A DNA stretch of 64,000 bases from an uncultured Planctomycetota bacterium (GTDB lineage Bacteria; Planctomycetota; Planctomycetia; Isosphaerales; Isosphaeraceae). Positions 1-9,924 of this stretch are shown one piece after another. The notes below the pieces were generated by a model. The model searched no databases, was not told the DNA's origin, and saw only the letters and a program-made list of their open reading frames with translations. Location: NCBI GenBank assembly GCA_963845755.1, contig CAWJTV010000034.1, positions 384,001 through 448,000 of the forward strand, in the 5' to 3' direction. Positions within the stretch are counted from its first letter, which is position 1, and each line of letters opens with the position of its first letter. Position numbers and translations under genes: made by a program.

Positions 1-559
1 CCCCGCCCAGGGCCAGTGCCCGGATCGCTTCGGGAAACAGCCAGTCGTAGCAGATCGCCGCGCCGAGTCGGCCGATCTCGGTCTCGACAACCGGGAACAT
101 CGGCTCGTCATAACCGGCCAGGTCATGCGGGCTGGCGTGAATCTCCCAGGGCAGCCACGGGTTGACTTTCCGGTAGCGACTCAGAATCCCATCGGGGCCG
201 ATCAGGCATGTCGTGTTGAAGACGACTCCCGGCCATCTCGGATCGGCCTCCAGGAATGAGCCCGTCTGAATGAAGACCCCCCTCTCCCGCGCCTTCCTGA
301 CGTAGCGCTCGGTGTGCTCGTTGGGGATCGGGACAGCCAGCCGATCGGCCAGTTCCTCGACAGTTTCGTAGATCGGAGCCGCGTGAGCGAACTCCGGAAA
401 GACCAGAAGCCTGATGTCGAAAAACGGCCCATAGCCGACGACCGAGCGATCGATCATCCCGAGGAGGTAGCCGACCCGCTCGGCGATCTCGTCGCGATGG
501 CGGGGACACGGGAGATCGGTCTGGCAGGCGGCGGCATAATAGCGAGGAATCTCAGCCAT
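1..559 (-). CDS. Carbon-nitrogen hydrolase (nitrilase superfamily), 3' end runs off the window
   Basis: Manual translation from ATG 559 (absent from the ORF track because no stop lies in the window): MAEIPRYYAAACQTD...LLVFPEF...RYRKVNP...AICYDWLFPEAIRALALGG, containing the Glu-Lys-Cys triad motifs. Confidence 0.9.
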   Translation of the reverse strand, partial: MAEIPRYYAAACQTDLPCPRHRDEIAERVGYLLGMIDRSVVGYGPFFDIRLLVFPEFAHAAPIYETVEELADRLAVPIPNEHTERYVRKARERGVFIQTGSFLEADPRWPGVVFNTTCLIGPDGILSRYRKVNPWLPWEIHASPHDLAGYDEPMFPVVETEIGRLGAAICYDWLFPEAIRALALGG

Positions 560-681
560 GCCCGTTCCGGGGGAAATGGGGGCGACTCAGGCGACACTCA
601 GGCCGTCGTGTCACGCGGAACTCCCCTGGTCGCGACTGGGGGCAGTTCGTCATCCGATTCCAGCAACATGTCGTAGGGAAG

Positions 682-1592
682 TCACTTGAGCGAATCCTCC
701 TCGTCCTGGGGCGGAGGCTTGACCTGGTTGCTGGCATCGAGGAAGGCGGCCAGGGCGATGTCCGCCTTGCGATTGGGGTCGTCGAGTCGCAGGAACACGT
801 CCGCGGCGCGGCCGGTCCGCCCTGAGAGGAACCATTCCGCGCCAGGACCAGCCAGGCGTCCCGGTCGTCTGGATGGATCTGGACATGGGATTCGATGCGT
901 GCGAGCTGCCGCGCGAAGTCGCCGGGCTCGCCGTAGATCGATTGGATGTCGGGGGCGGTCTCCAGCCAGCCAGGCTGGGCGGTCTCGGCCTCGCGAAGCC
1001 GGTTCGCGGCAACTGTGTAATTGCCCCGGACAATCGCGAGCTGGGCAAGACGAACGTAGGGCGCGGCCAGGTCGGCGGAGGCCCGAACGGCCTGTTGATA
1101 GCGTTCTTCGGCTTTCTTCAGGTTTCCGGCGCGAAAGAGCCGATCGCCGATCGTCATCAACTGGGAGGCGCGCTTGGGATCGCTGGGTGCCCGGGCCGCC
1201 TTCTCCGGTTGGCGCGGCACCCGTGCCGCGAGGTCCGGCGGCGGAGGGGGAAGGAGCGGCCCGCGCTGCCACATCGGCGGAGCCTGCATCGGTCCGAAGG
1301 GACCGAAGCCGAATGCGCTCGGCCCCATCACCAGTCCCGGGTAGCCGACGGCTCCGCCCGGCCCGAAGCCGGCGTAGAACGGCATGACAAAGAAGCCCGG
1401 ATAACCGCCCACCACGGCGAGAGAGTTCCCACCTCCGCCCATGTGGCGCCCTCCCCCGCCCCCGCCCATGTGGTGGTGCTGGGCGCGGGACGCATTCGGG
1501 GCGAACAACAGAATTGTCACGCCAAGGCAAAGCATCTTGCAGCCGGGCATGATGAGTCTCAGCCTCCATTCCAGGAAGATGGGAGGGTTCAT
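682..1592 (-). CDS. Secreted tetratricopeptide-repeat protein (frameshift near 845)
   Basis: Signal-like N-terminus, Gly/Pro-rich linker, TPR-like helices (GDRLFRAGNLKKAEERYQQAV); after DRDAWLVL the frame continues in ORF 682..1650 (GAEWFLSGRTGRAADVF...EEDSLK). Confidence 0.75.
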
Positions 1593-1815
1593 GGCAATTA
1601 TTGGCGAGGGATGGCCGCGGAATCAATGGATGCAAACCGAATTGAGCCACAGGTCAGACCGGCGCACTTCAGACCAGAGAAGGATCCGGCTCGGTCAACT
1701 CAATCGCGGCGCAAACCGGCGCGCGGGGGGCGGGGCGTGATTCCCTGAAGGATCAGATCGGCGCCAACATCGAGCTCGAGCGCGGCCCGGATGATAGTCG
1801 GGGTCGAGAACAAGG

Positions 1816-4800
1816 TCAGCCGGTGCCAGATCCTCGACTCGAGCCGCTCGCGTGGAGCGGGACCGGTCGAACGAACCGGACGCTGTGCACTCCGTTGACG
1901 CCGTTCGGGCCGGTGAAACGGTTGATGTGATTCGAGGCGCAGAGGCTGAGCCACTGGAGCTGTGAATCGCGTGCACGGTTCGGCGGAGACGGGACGTCAC
2001 CGGCGGCCGTGACCAGGTCCAGGTCGTGGACGTCGTTATCGGCTTGCCAGAAGAGGAGACCGCCGGCCAGGGCATCGGCGTCGGCGCGGAGCAGGACGGC
2101 GTCCCGATCCCGAGCTCGCCGATCGGAGAGCGTCCAGAAGACGGAGTTCTGCGACGAGATCAGCCAAGGCCGGTAGGGACCGGGGAGGGAGCCGTGCCAG
2201 GCACCAAGACGAACAAGCGACCGATCCGAAACGATCGTCGAGCGATCGAGCACAAGATCCGCCTCGAAACGGCGACGAGCCACGCCTACGGGAAGCAGTT
2301 CGATCGCGGATTCGCCCCCCGCGACCGCGCATTGAGTCAGCGCGATCAACCCATAGGCGACCTCCGCCCGCAGCGCCGTCCCATTGGCGATCAAGATCGT
2401 GTTCACAACGCGGCAAACGGGGCGATCGACGGTAAATTGGAAAACCGGGTGGGTTAGATCGCCCGTCATCGTCTGAGTCGTCGCCGCGCGGAACGCGATG
2501 ATCCCGCCCGTCACACCCGGCGATGATTGCGGCACGGTGAGCTGGCAGCCCGAGAGGACGAGATGGGCATCCTCGGCTTTGATCAATGCGGCAAGTCGAG
2601 ATTCGGGATCGTGGCGCAGGATGAGGCCGGAAAGGACGAGAGCCCCACCGTGGACCTCGATCAGGGCTCCACCGCTCGATTTGGATTCGGAGGACCAAGA
2701 GAGCGGCTCCGATCCCGGAGTCGCCGGCTCGACCCGGATCTCGATTTGAAGGCCGATGGGAATCTGGACCGGCGTGAAGCGATGTGCCCCCGAGCCCTGC
2801 ACGCGGATTCGCACGTGCTTTTTGGCCGAGGACAGGTGATCGCGCATGAAGGCGCCGAGGTCCCCATTCCACTGCGGATCCGACGCGTTCATGGACAGCT
2901 CGACCAGATCGGCGGCCGGTGCCGGCGCCGATTGAGGGGCACGTCCAGAGATCGTCCCCCTGGCGAAACCGTCCGGCGTCTTGGCCTGGAGTTTCTTGGC
3001 GATGGCCCCTCCCACGCGTGGGGATGGCAGTGCCGTCCAGACCGGCTCGGGAACGATGGGTGTGAGATAGTGCCCGACGGTTTTCTCGAACAGGCCCGGC
3101 CAGGGCGACGGTGCCTGACTCAGCAAGGTGGGCCGGTCCAACAAGAAGGGCTGAAGTCCCGCCGGCGCGACCGTCGCCAGATCCGCGTCCGACGGTCGCC
3201 GCCAGGGGAACCAGATCTCGAGACTGTCCCGTTCCGTCGCGTTCCACGTGGAACGGACCGCCTTGAGATCATCGATGCCGATCGTCGGATCGCGGTCGTT
3301 GCCCCGAGCGAAGAATCCCTTCCACCCCGCGTAGAGGTTTCGATCCCCGGCCCAATCGACCTGCTGAACTGCGGTTCCCTCCAACTCTGAAGAGATGATG
3401 CTGGCGATCCCCTCTTCCTGGAGCCGGCCGAAGGCCGTCCCGTAGCTGCGAAAGACCAGCGGTTTGCATCGGCTCCCTACCGCCGCCGATGCGCGCTGGA
3501 CGATCGGCCCCGGGCCTGCGATCACGGAGTCAATGAAGCCAAGCCGATGCTCCGCCCCGTCCTCCGGCCTCGAGATCCGGACGAGTGGACCGGCTTCGTA
3601 CAGGATGATCGCCCGGTCCAGGATGAGGTCCCCGGCCCCGCCCGAGAAATCGATGACCGGCCCGAGCTTGCCGAATCGCCCCCGCACTACGGTTCGCTCG
3701 AGGCGGATCCGAGTGGGCCGTGAAGGCAGCGACTCGGCTTGGGCTCGGATCAGCGCAAACGGCTTGTTCGCGGGGTTGAGGATCGTGATCGTGCAATCGC
3801 GGAGGGTGAGGTTCGAGTTCCCACAGGCGAACAAAGCTGTCTGCAAGGTCAGGTCGGGAACGTTGAGGATCAGGTCGATCCCCTCGAGCGTGATGTTCTT
3901 CTTCTCGAGGTTGAGGACTGCGGAGTGCGGTTGCGATGCGTCGAGCCGCGACCGCTCGACACGGAGGATCGGCCGGAAGCCCGGACGCGCCCGGATGAGG
4001 CGGGATTCCCCCGAGATCCGCACATCCTCGATCGGGAGTGGTCCCTGGTCAGCCACCTCGATTGTGCCCCCGCCGAACTCATCCAGCGCCCTCTGGAGAG
4101 TGGGCATGGACGGGGTACCGCCCGGCCCCGCGACCCGTCGCACCACGACGAACGGAGTCTCAGTGTGCCCGGAGAGCGGCACCCGGGTCCACTCGGGAAG
4201 ATTCTGGCGGGAACCCAGCATCTCGGCCGCCAGCCGCACCTCGCTTCCGGGGATCGACTCCCGATCCTCGGGCTCTTCCCAGGGCGACGGACGACTCGGG
4301 ATTGGCGGATCGCGCGTCTCGGGTCCGGTCTTCCGACGCGTGAGCTCGCCGGAATTCGGGTGCGACGTGGCAGCGGGACGGACCACCGGGCTAGCGGCCC
4401 GATCCAGCACAATGACCGGCTCGGACTCTATTGGTTCTTCGTCGACCTGGGCGGATCCCCTGATGCCCGCCAGGAATTGGTTGAGGCCGATCAGTAGCAT
4501 GACGAGCGATGCCCCAATCGCTACGGAGGAGAGGATCCACGAGGGGGCTGACGGTCGGGTCGTCGAGGTGACAGCCTCGATCGGAGTCTCGACTTCCTCG
4601 GGTTCGGGCGCGACGCCGATCCCGCCGGCTCGCGGAATGATCGGGGCCGGACCATGTGCCGGCGTTCTCGCGGGGGCCGGGCGTGACTCGCCAGCCAGTT
4701 CCGCCAAGCTACCGAGCGACTCCATGGAGATAAGCGACTCGCCGGAGCCGTTCGAGGGTGCTTCCCCCCGTGAGACGGACCCCCATGACTCGGCCGGGAC

Positions 4801-5733
4801 AGCACGCCAATCGTGGTCCGGCTCCGATTCCATCGGAGCCAGGGCGAACCCTTCCCCCTGAGCATCAGGGTCGCTCGGAGTTGCCTCCAGCGCCGCGATC
4901 AGTTGATCGTAGTCAACAAAGCGATCGTCGGAATGCTTCGCCATCATGCGGAGGATGATCCCCGAGATGGCGGCCGGGATATCCGGTCGGAGGTCCCGAA
5001 TATCCGGCACGGGCGATCGAGCGTGGCGCGTCAACTTGTCCGTGATGTCGCCGCCCGGATACGGCGGCACCCCGGCGAGGAGGTAATAAAAGGTACAACC
5101 CAAGGAGTACATATCGCTCAGGATGCTGGTCGCCCGACTGTCGCGTGCCTGCTCCGGCGCCATGTAGTCCACGGTGCCGACCGTCGTTCCCTCCCGCGTC
5201 ACGCGTTCATCCTCGAAATCCGACTGGAGGGCCAGGCCCAGATCGATGATCTTGACCTCACCGCCGGCCGTCCTCAGGATGTTCGAGGGCTTGATGTCTC
5301 GATGGATCAGTCCGCGGCTCGCCGCGTATCGGAGGCCGCTGGCGACGCTTCGGATCACCGCGATCGTGTCGGATACCGACAGCGGGCCGTTGCGCTGGAT
5401 GTAATCGTGGAAGTCGCCGCCGCGGACATACTCGAGCACCAGGTAATGCCGCCCCTCGTCGATCCCGCGATCGTAAATCGAGACGATGTTAGGGTGTTCG
5501 AGAGTCTCCGCGCTGCGCGCCTCGCGCAGGAATCGCTGGAGCAGCGTGGAGTTGCGGGTAAGCGTCCGGATCAAGACCTTCACCGCGACCTCGTGACCGG
5601 TCTGGGCATGGACGGCCCGATAGACCGTGCTCATCCCGCCGCTACCCAGCGGTTCGAGGATTCGGTAACTCCCGATCCTCAGGTCGGGCACGGAGTCACG
5701 CGGAGGGTCAGCTCGCGAACTAGACTCTTCCAT
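1816..5733 (-). CDS. Membrane-anchored Hanks-type Ser/Thr protein kinase with a large extracellular beta-rich domain; true 3' end probably near 1700 (frameshift near 1870)
   Basis: GSGGMSTVY, VAVK, HRDIKPSN, DLG, GTVDYMAPE motifs; TM segment WILSSVAIGASLVMLLIGL; long C-terminal domain. Confidence 0.92.
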   Translation of the reverse strand: MEESSSRADPPRDSVPDLRIGSYRILEPLGSGGMSTVYRAVHAQTGHEVAVKVLIRTLTRNSTLLQRFLREARSAETLEHPNIVSIYDRGIDEGRHYLVLEYVRGGDFHDYIQRNGPLSVSDTIAVIRSVASGLRYAASRGLIHRDIKPSNILRTAGGEVKIIDLGLALQSDFEDERVTREGTTVGTVDYMAPEQARDSRATSILSDMYSLGCTFYYLLAGVPPYPGGDITDKLTRHARSPVPDIRDLRPDIPAAISGIILRMMAKHSDDRFVDYDQLIAALEATPSDPDAQGEGFALAPMESEPDHDWRAVPAESWGSVSRGEAPSNGSGESLISMESLGSLAELAGESRPAPARTPAHGPAPIIPRAGGIGVAPEPEEVETPIEAVTSTTRPSAPSWILSSVAIGASLVMLLIGLNQFLAGIRGSAQVDEEPIESEPVIVLDRAASPVVRPAATSHPNSGELTRRKTGPETRDPPIPSRPSPWEEPEDRESIPGSEVRLAAEMLGSRQNLPEWTRVPLSGHTETPFVVVRRVAGPGGTPSMPTLQRALDEFGGGTIEVADQGPLPIEDVRISGESRLIRARPGFRPILRVERSRLDASQPHSAVLNLEKKNITLEGIDLILNVPDLTLQTALFACGNSNLTLRDCTITILNPANKPFALIRAQAESLPSRPTRIRLERTVVRGRFGKLGPVIDFSGGAGDLILDRAIILYEAGPLVRISRPEDGAEHRLGFIDSVIAGPGPIVQRASAAVGSRCKPLVFRSYGTAFGRLQEEGIASIISSELEGTAVQQVDWAGDRNLYAGWKGFFARGNDRDPTIGIDDLKAVRSTWNATERDSLEIWFPWRRPSDADLATVAPAGLQPFLLDRPTLLSQAPSPWPGLFEKTVGHYLTPIVPEPVWTALPSPRVGGAIAKKLQAKTPDGFARGTISGRAPQSAPAPAADLVELSMNASDPQWNGDLGAFMRDHLSSAKKHVRIRVQGSGAHRFTPVQIPIGLQIEIRVEPATPGSEPLSWSSESKSSGGALIEVHGGALVLSGLILRHDPESRLAALIKAEDAHLVLSGCQLTVPQSSPGVTGGIIAFRAATTQTMTGDLTHPVFQFTVDRPVCRVVNTILIANGTALRAEVAYGLIALTQCAVAGGESAIELLPVGVARRRFEADLVLDRSTIVSDRSLVRLGAWHGSLPGPYRPWLISSQNSVFWTLSDRRARDRDAVLLRADADALAGGLLFWQADNDVHDLDLVTAAGDVPSPPNRARDSQLQWLSLCASNHINRFTGPNGVNGVHSVRFVRPVPLHASGSSRGSGTG
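3240..3255. promoter_or_regulatory. parS-like centromere site (inside the kinase CDS)
   Basis: Perfect palindrome CGTTCCACGTGGAACG matching the parS consensus TGTTNCACGTGAAACA; parB at 14384. Confidence 0.7.
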
Positions 5734-6136
5734 CGCGTTGCCCGAAGTTCTTCCTCACCAAGGACCTGGTTTGCCGGAGAATCCTCGTCCCCATCGGATC
5801 GCTCGGCCAGTATCATTCCCGCGTGGCCCTTCGGGTCGCCGCCGGGAGAATCGTGCGGACGATCGAGAATGAGCGGGCCATCGAACATCAATCGCGGGTG
5901 ACGGACTCGGGGACGGTGGATATGGCCGACGGTTGCCGGCTTGGGTTCTCCCCGACCGGGAGCACCTAAGGAGAGTTTAGCAACCGGCCCCGCCCAATTC
6001 GGTTGCCGTTATTGTACAACGCCAGCGGTCGGCTGTGACAGCCCTTCCCAACTCGCGCGGAGGACTCAGCCTCGATGCGCCCGGCGAAGTGTTCCCGTGC
6101 CCCGCGCCCCAAGACACGTGCTGACACAGGGTTCGA

Positions 6137-6919
6137 TCAGAGGACCTGTAGGCTCAACCCGCCGTCAACATCGAAGACACTTCCGGCGGAGTAGGGGAAT
6201 GCGCCTGCGGCGATGGCGGCGACGGCGCGTCCGACATCTTCGGCCTGTCCCCATCGGCCGGCCGGGATGAGTCCACGTGCAATCTTTTCGTCGTACGCCG
6301 CGCGAACCGGCCGGGTCATGTCGCTTTCGATGAGGCCGGGTCGGATCTCATAAACGCCGATGCCCATCCCGGCCAGCCGGACCGCGAAGAGCTGCGCGAC
6401 CATACTCAGCCCCGCCTTCGACACGCAATACTCGCCCCGAGAGACACTGGCGAACCGGCTCGAGATCGACGTGATGAAGACGATCCGTGGCTCGGCGACG
6501 ACGCCGTTGGCTCGCAACTCGAGGAGCGCCTGCGCCACGGTCTGGGTGAGAAAGAACGGCCCGCGCAAATTCGTGTCCAGAACGCGGTCCCAACTGGCGG
6601 GGGTCGTCTCCATAAGGTCAAGCCGACGATCTGGGGCCACCCCCGCGTTGTTGACCCACAGGTCAACTCGTCCCGCCACCGCTAGGGAATCCGACACCAG
6701 ACGCCGTCCCTCGGCCAGGTCCGCGATATCGGACTGGATCGGCACCGCCCGCGGCGACCCGCGCGCTTCCGCTTCCCGACACGTTGCCACCGCCGCCTCA
6801 AGGTCGGACCGGTAGTTCACCACGATGGTAAAACCCAGTTCGGCCACGGCCAGGACGATGCCTCGACCGATCCCGCGCCCTCCCCCGGTTACGACCGCAA
6901 CTCGTGCTGCCCCATCCAT
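6137..6919 (-). CDS. Short-chain dehydrogenase/reductase (3-ketoacyl-ACP reductase-like)
   Basis: TGGGRGIG, NNAG and YCVSK motifs. Confidence 0.9.
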   Translation of the reverse strand: MDGAARVAVVTGGGRGIGRGIVLAVAELGFTIVVNYRSDLEAAVATCREAEARGSPRAVPIQSDIADLAEGRRLVSDSLAVAGRVDLWVNNAGVAPDRRLDLMETTPASWDRVLDTNLRGPFFLTQTVAQALLELRANGVVAEPRIVFITSISSRFASVSRGEYCVSKAGLSMVAQLFAVRLAGMGIGVYEIRPGLIESDMTRPVRAAYDEKIARGLIPAGRWGQAEDVGRAVAAIAAGAFPYSAGSVFDVDGGLSLQVL

Positions 6920-7111
6920 CCGCGCAGTCCTCCTCGTTCCTCCAACACGCCGATCGAACCGTCCTCACGACCGCGTCAACGGATTCCCGACTGGCGGTCC
7001 GTGGTCTTCTCCTCAAACATGATCGTCATCTTGCAATTCCTGGAGGCGGTCGGCAAGCAAGTTGACAGGAAACCCCACGATGCCGGACAATTCTTGATCA
7101 GAGACGACTCC

Positions 7112-7185
7112 GCGCTCGTAGCTCAGTAGGATAGAGCGGCGGTTTCCTAAACCGCAGGTCGCAGGTTCGAATCCTGCCGGGCGCA
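7112..7185 (+). tRNA. tRNA-Arg (anticodon CCT)
   Basis: Cloverleaf GCGCTCGTAGCTCAG...GCGGT-TTCCTAA-ACCGC...GGTTCGAATCC...GGGCGCA; CCA not encoded. Confidence 0.96.
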
Positions 7186-7252
7186 GCTCGTCGGAAGATG
7201 GGGTGCTCCGGTCCGGTGCAGGGTTGTCGTCACGAGCTGCCCCGGTTCTGTC

Positions 7253-7326
7253 GCGCCCGTAGCTCAGGAGGATAGAGCAACGGTTTTCTAAACCGTCGGT
7301 CGCAGGTTCGAGTCCTGCCGGGCGTA
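7253..7326 (+). tRNA. tRNA-Arg (anticodon TCT)
   Basis: GCGCCCGTAGCTCAG...ACGGT-TTTCTAA-ACCGT...GGTTCGAGTCC...GGGCGTA. Confidence 0.96.
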
Positions 7327-7540
7327 ATCGCGCCGAATCTCTCCAAGTGACTCTCGGCGGAATGTGGTAGTCCGATCTCAACGAGGGGTTCTCCACGCCA
7401 GCTCGAGCGACCGCCTTGCGAGGGGTCGTTCCGTTGATACGCGGACAATGGGTCGAATGCCTCCCGCGGTGACGATGACAAGTTTCGGGGATTTTGATAC
7501 AACGGTCACCTGAGAAGAACGCGCGATCGCGTTGTGGTCC

Positions 7541-7556
7541 CGTTCCACGTGAAACG
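7541..7556. promoter_or_regulatory. parS-like centromere site
   Basis: CGTTCCACGTGAAACG, intergenic, matches the parS consensus. Confidence 0.8.
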
Positions 7557-7647
7557 ACCGGTTGCGGACCCGTCGTCTTTGCTCTTTCTGTCCCGACCTC
7601 GATCAGCCGGCCCGACCAGGACGATTTGGCCAAGGCGGATGAATGCG

Positions 7648-8358
7648 ATGAGTGAAGAGCGGCTCACCGACATCTCGACGATCTGGACGACGATCAGCAG
7701 CGCCCATACGCCGGGCCCGAAGAGCCAAGCCGCGATGGAAGACCTCGTCGGCCGGTATCACGATGCCCTCACGCGCTACATCCATCTGAAGGTCCGCGAC
7801 AAGAATCTGGCCGACGAAGTCCTCCAGGAGTTCTGGACCAAGCTCCTGACCGGCAAGTTGGCCGGGGCCGATAAGAGCAAAGGCCGGTTCCGTGACTACT
7901 TGCGAACCGTCCTCCACCGGCTGATCATCGACCACTTCCGCACCCGGAAGCTCCAATCGCTCCCCCCGGGCGACTTGCTCGATGCCAGCCGTCCCGATGA
8001 GGATTTCGACCGTGTCTGGCGCGAGGCCGTGATCAACCGGGTCTGGTCGCGTCTGGAGACCTACCAGGCCACGACGCCGAAGAATCGTTACGCAACCGTT
8101 CTCCAGCTTCGACGCGATCACCCCGACGCGTCGATCGAGGAAATCGCCGAGAAACTCGGCGAGATCACGCGGACCCCGGTCCGAGCCGAAGCTTTTCGAA
8201 AGAACCTCCAGCGCGCACGTGCCAAGTTTATCGAACTCCTGGTCCAGGAGCTGCGCGAGACGATCCACCCAACCAGTACCGAAGACATCGAGGCGGAAAT
8301 CTTCGACCTGGGCCTTGGCCATCTCTATCGACGCTATTCCGCAGCCTCCGAGGAGTAG
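7648..8358 (+). CDS. ECF-type RNA polymerase sigma-70 factor
   Basis: MSEERLTDISTIWT...RYHDALTRYI...ADEVLQEF...KGRFRDYLRTVL (region 2); SIEEIAEKL...LQRARAKF (region 4); alternative start at 7639. Confidence 0.85.
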   Translation: MSEERLTDISTIWTTISSAHTPGPKSQAAMEDLVGRYHDALTRYIHLKVRDKNLADEVLQEFWTKLLTGKLAGADKSKGRFRDYLRTVLHRLIIDHFRTRKLQSLPPGDLLDASRPDEDFDRVWREAVINRVWSRLETYQATTPKNRYATVLQLRRDHPDASIEEIAEKLGEITRTPVRAEAFRKNLQRARAKFIELLVQELRETIHPTSTEDIEAEIFDLGLGHLYRRYSAASEE

Positions 8359-8714
8359 GACGCCCTCGCGTGTCCGGATGCGATGTGAGGCTCGTTCGAT
8401 CCTCCTCAACTCCTTTTTAAATCAACGGCTACGGCCTTCCTCACACCCTGACTAGCCCGCGCCAATCACGACCCGAATGACCCCAACTGCGAAACCTGAG
8501 ATCGAACGAATTCGTTCGGTCTCGGGGGGTTAGGTACGTTGAAAAAAATGCGCATCCCCTTGACCGCTTCGTTTCAGCATGTACAGTTCATTGAAGACGG
8601 TCTGCCTAATCACAGGTTGGTGATGATGTGCATTCCGTCATTTCCTGGATCAATGCGTACTCACAGCAATGGATGGACCGCGCCCAGCACAACGGGCACC
8701 AGAGGGGAGCGGCA

Positions 8715-8924
8715 ATGCTGGTTCTCTCCCGTAAGAAAAACGAGAGCATCATCATCAACGACAACATCACGGTCACGGTGATCGAGATCCGTGGAGACAA
8801 GGTGCGTCTTGGCATCGAGGCTCCGAAGGATGTCACCGTCCATCGCCGTGAGGTTTATGAGGCGATTCAGAATCAGGCCCGTGCCTCGGATCAGGGCGCC
8901 AAAGTGGGTCGCTCGGAAATCTGA
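8715..8924 (+). CDS. csrA: Carbon storage regulator CsrA
   Basis: [14 protein letters not shown]...[28 protein letters not shown]-like GAGGGGAG upstream. Confidence 0.97.
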   Translation: MLVLSRKKNESIIINDNITVTVIEIRGDKVRLGIEAPKDVTVHRREVYEAIQNQARASDQGAKVGRSEI

Positions 8925-9027
8925 GACAGCGCGGGCCTGCGCATGCCATGGGGATCCGAACCGGGTTACCCGGTTTCACGATTCGCCTGGCGACGACCGT
9001 TACGTGCGCGATCGAACACCGAGCCGG

Positions 9028-9588
9028 TCAACTCGAATTTCGAGACTTCAGGACTCGGATGAATTCCTTCATCCAGGGCCCGTTGTCGGGCCAACCGCGC
9101 ACCGTGACCAGGGGACCATCCACGACGACCTCCCGATCGACGAACTCGGCCCCCGCGTTTCGGATGTCGAGCCGGAGATCCGGATAGGCGGTGAGGGTCT
9201 TCCCGCGGCCACCTCCGGCTGCCAGAACCAGCAAGGGCCCGTGGCAGTTGGCCGCGATCGGCTTACCCGCCTCGACGAAGTGCCGGACGATCGCCACGGC
9301 GTCCTCGCGGTTTCGCAAGTATTCCGGGGCCCGACCGCCAGGAAGGACCAGCGCGTCATAAGACTCTGCGACGACCTCGCCCAGTCCCAGGTCCGCCTGC
9401 ACCCGGTAGCCCGGCTTCTCGGTATACGTGTCGAATCCGGGCTCGAAGTCATGGACGACGGAGAGGAACGCGCGCTTCTGAGGCGCCGCGATGTGCACCT
9501 GCCAGCCTTCCTCCTCCAGCCGGAACTTGGCGTAATAGATCTCCTGGGCCTCGCCAGCGTCCCCCGTGATCATCAGGATTTTGATCAT
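9028..9588 (-). CDS. DJ-1/PfpI family protein
   Basis: YDALVLPGGRAPEYLR and AANCHGP nucleophile elbow. Confidence 0.9.
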   Translation of the reverse strand: MIKILMITGDAGEAQEIYYAKFRLEEEGWQVHIAAPQKRAFLSVVHDFEPGFDTYTEKPGYRVQADLGLGEVVAESYDALVLPGGRAPEYLRNREDAVAIVRHFVEAGKPIAANCHGPLLVLAAGGGRGKTLTAYPDLRLDIRNAGAEFVDREVVVDGPLVTVRGWPDNGPWMKEFIRVLKSRNSS

Positions 9589-9778
9589 GTTGCATCCCCG
9601 GCTTCGTCCCTCGATCGGGCCATTCCGGTCGGTCGAAGACGTTAGGCTATCGCGTCAGGAGTCCGGCTGCAACCCATTCCTTCGGCAGGCGCGTCGATCG
9701 ACGGATGCGGCCGATTCCCCGGGTTCGCTTGACCACGCGACCTGAGCCCGTTTACAGTCTATCGTCGGAGAGCATGAT

Positions 9779-9853
9779 GGCCCCGTCGTCTAGCCTGGTC
9801 TAGGACACATGCCTTTCACGCATGCAACACGGGTTCAAATCCCGTCGGGGTCA
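9779..9853 (+). tRNA. tRNA-Glu (anticodon TTC)
   Basis: GGCCCCGTCGTCTAG...CATGC-CTTTCAC-GCATG...GGTTCAAATCC...GGGGTCA; upstream TTGACC-N18-TACAGT. Confidence 0.96.
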
Positions 9854-9924
9854 CTCTCGGTGTTCGCCATTTCAAGCCGCGGGTCGTCGGCCCGCGAGCG
9901 ATAATTGCCGGACTCCATCAGTCG

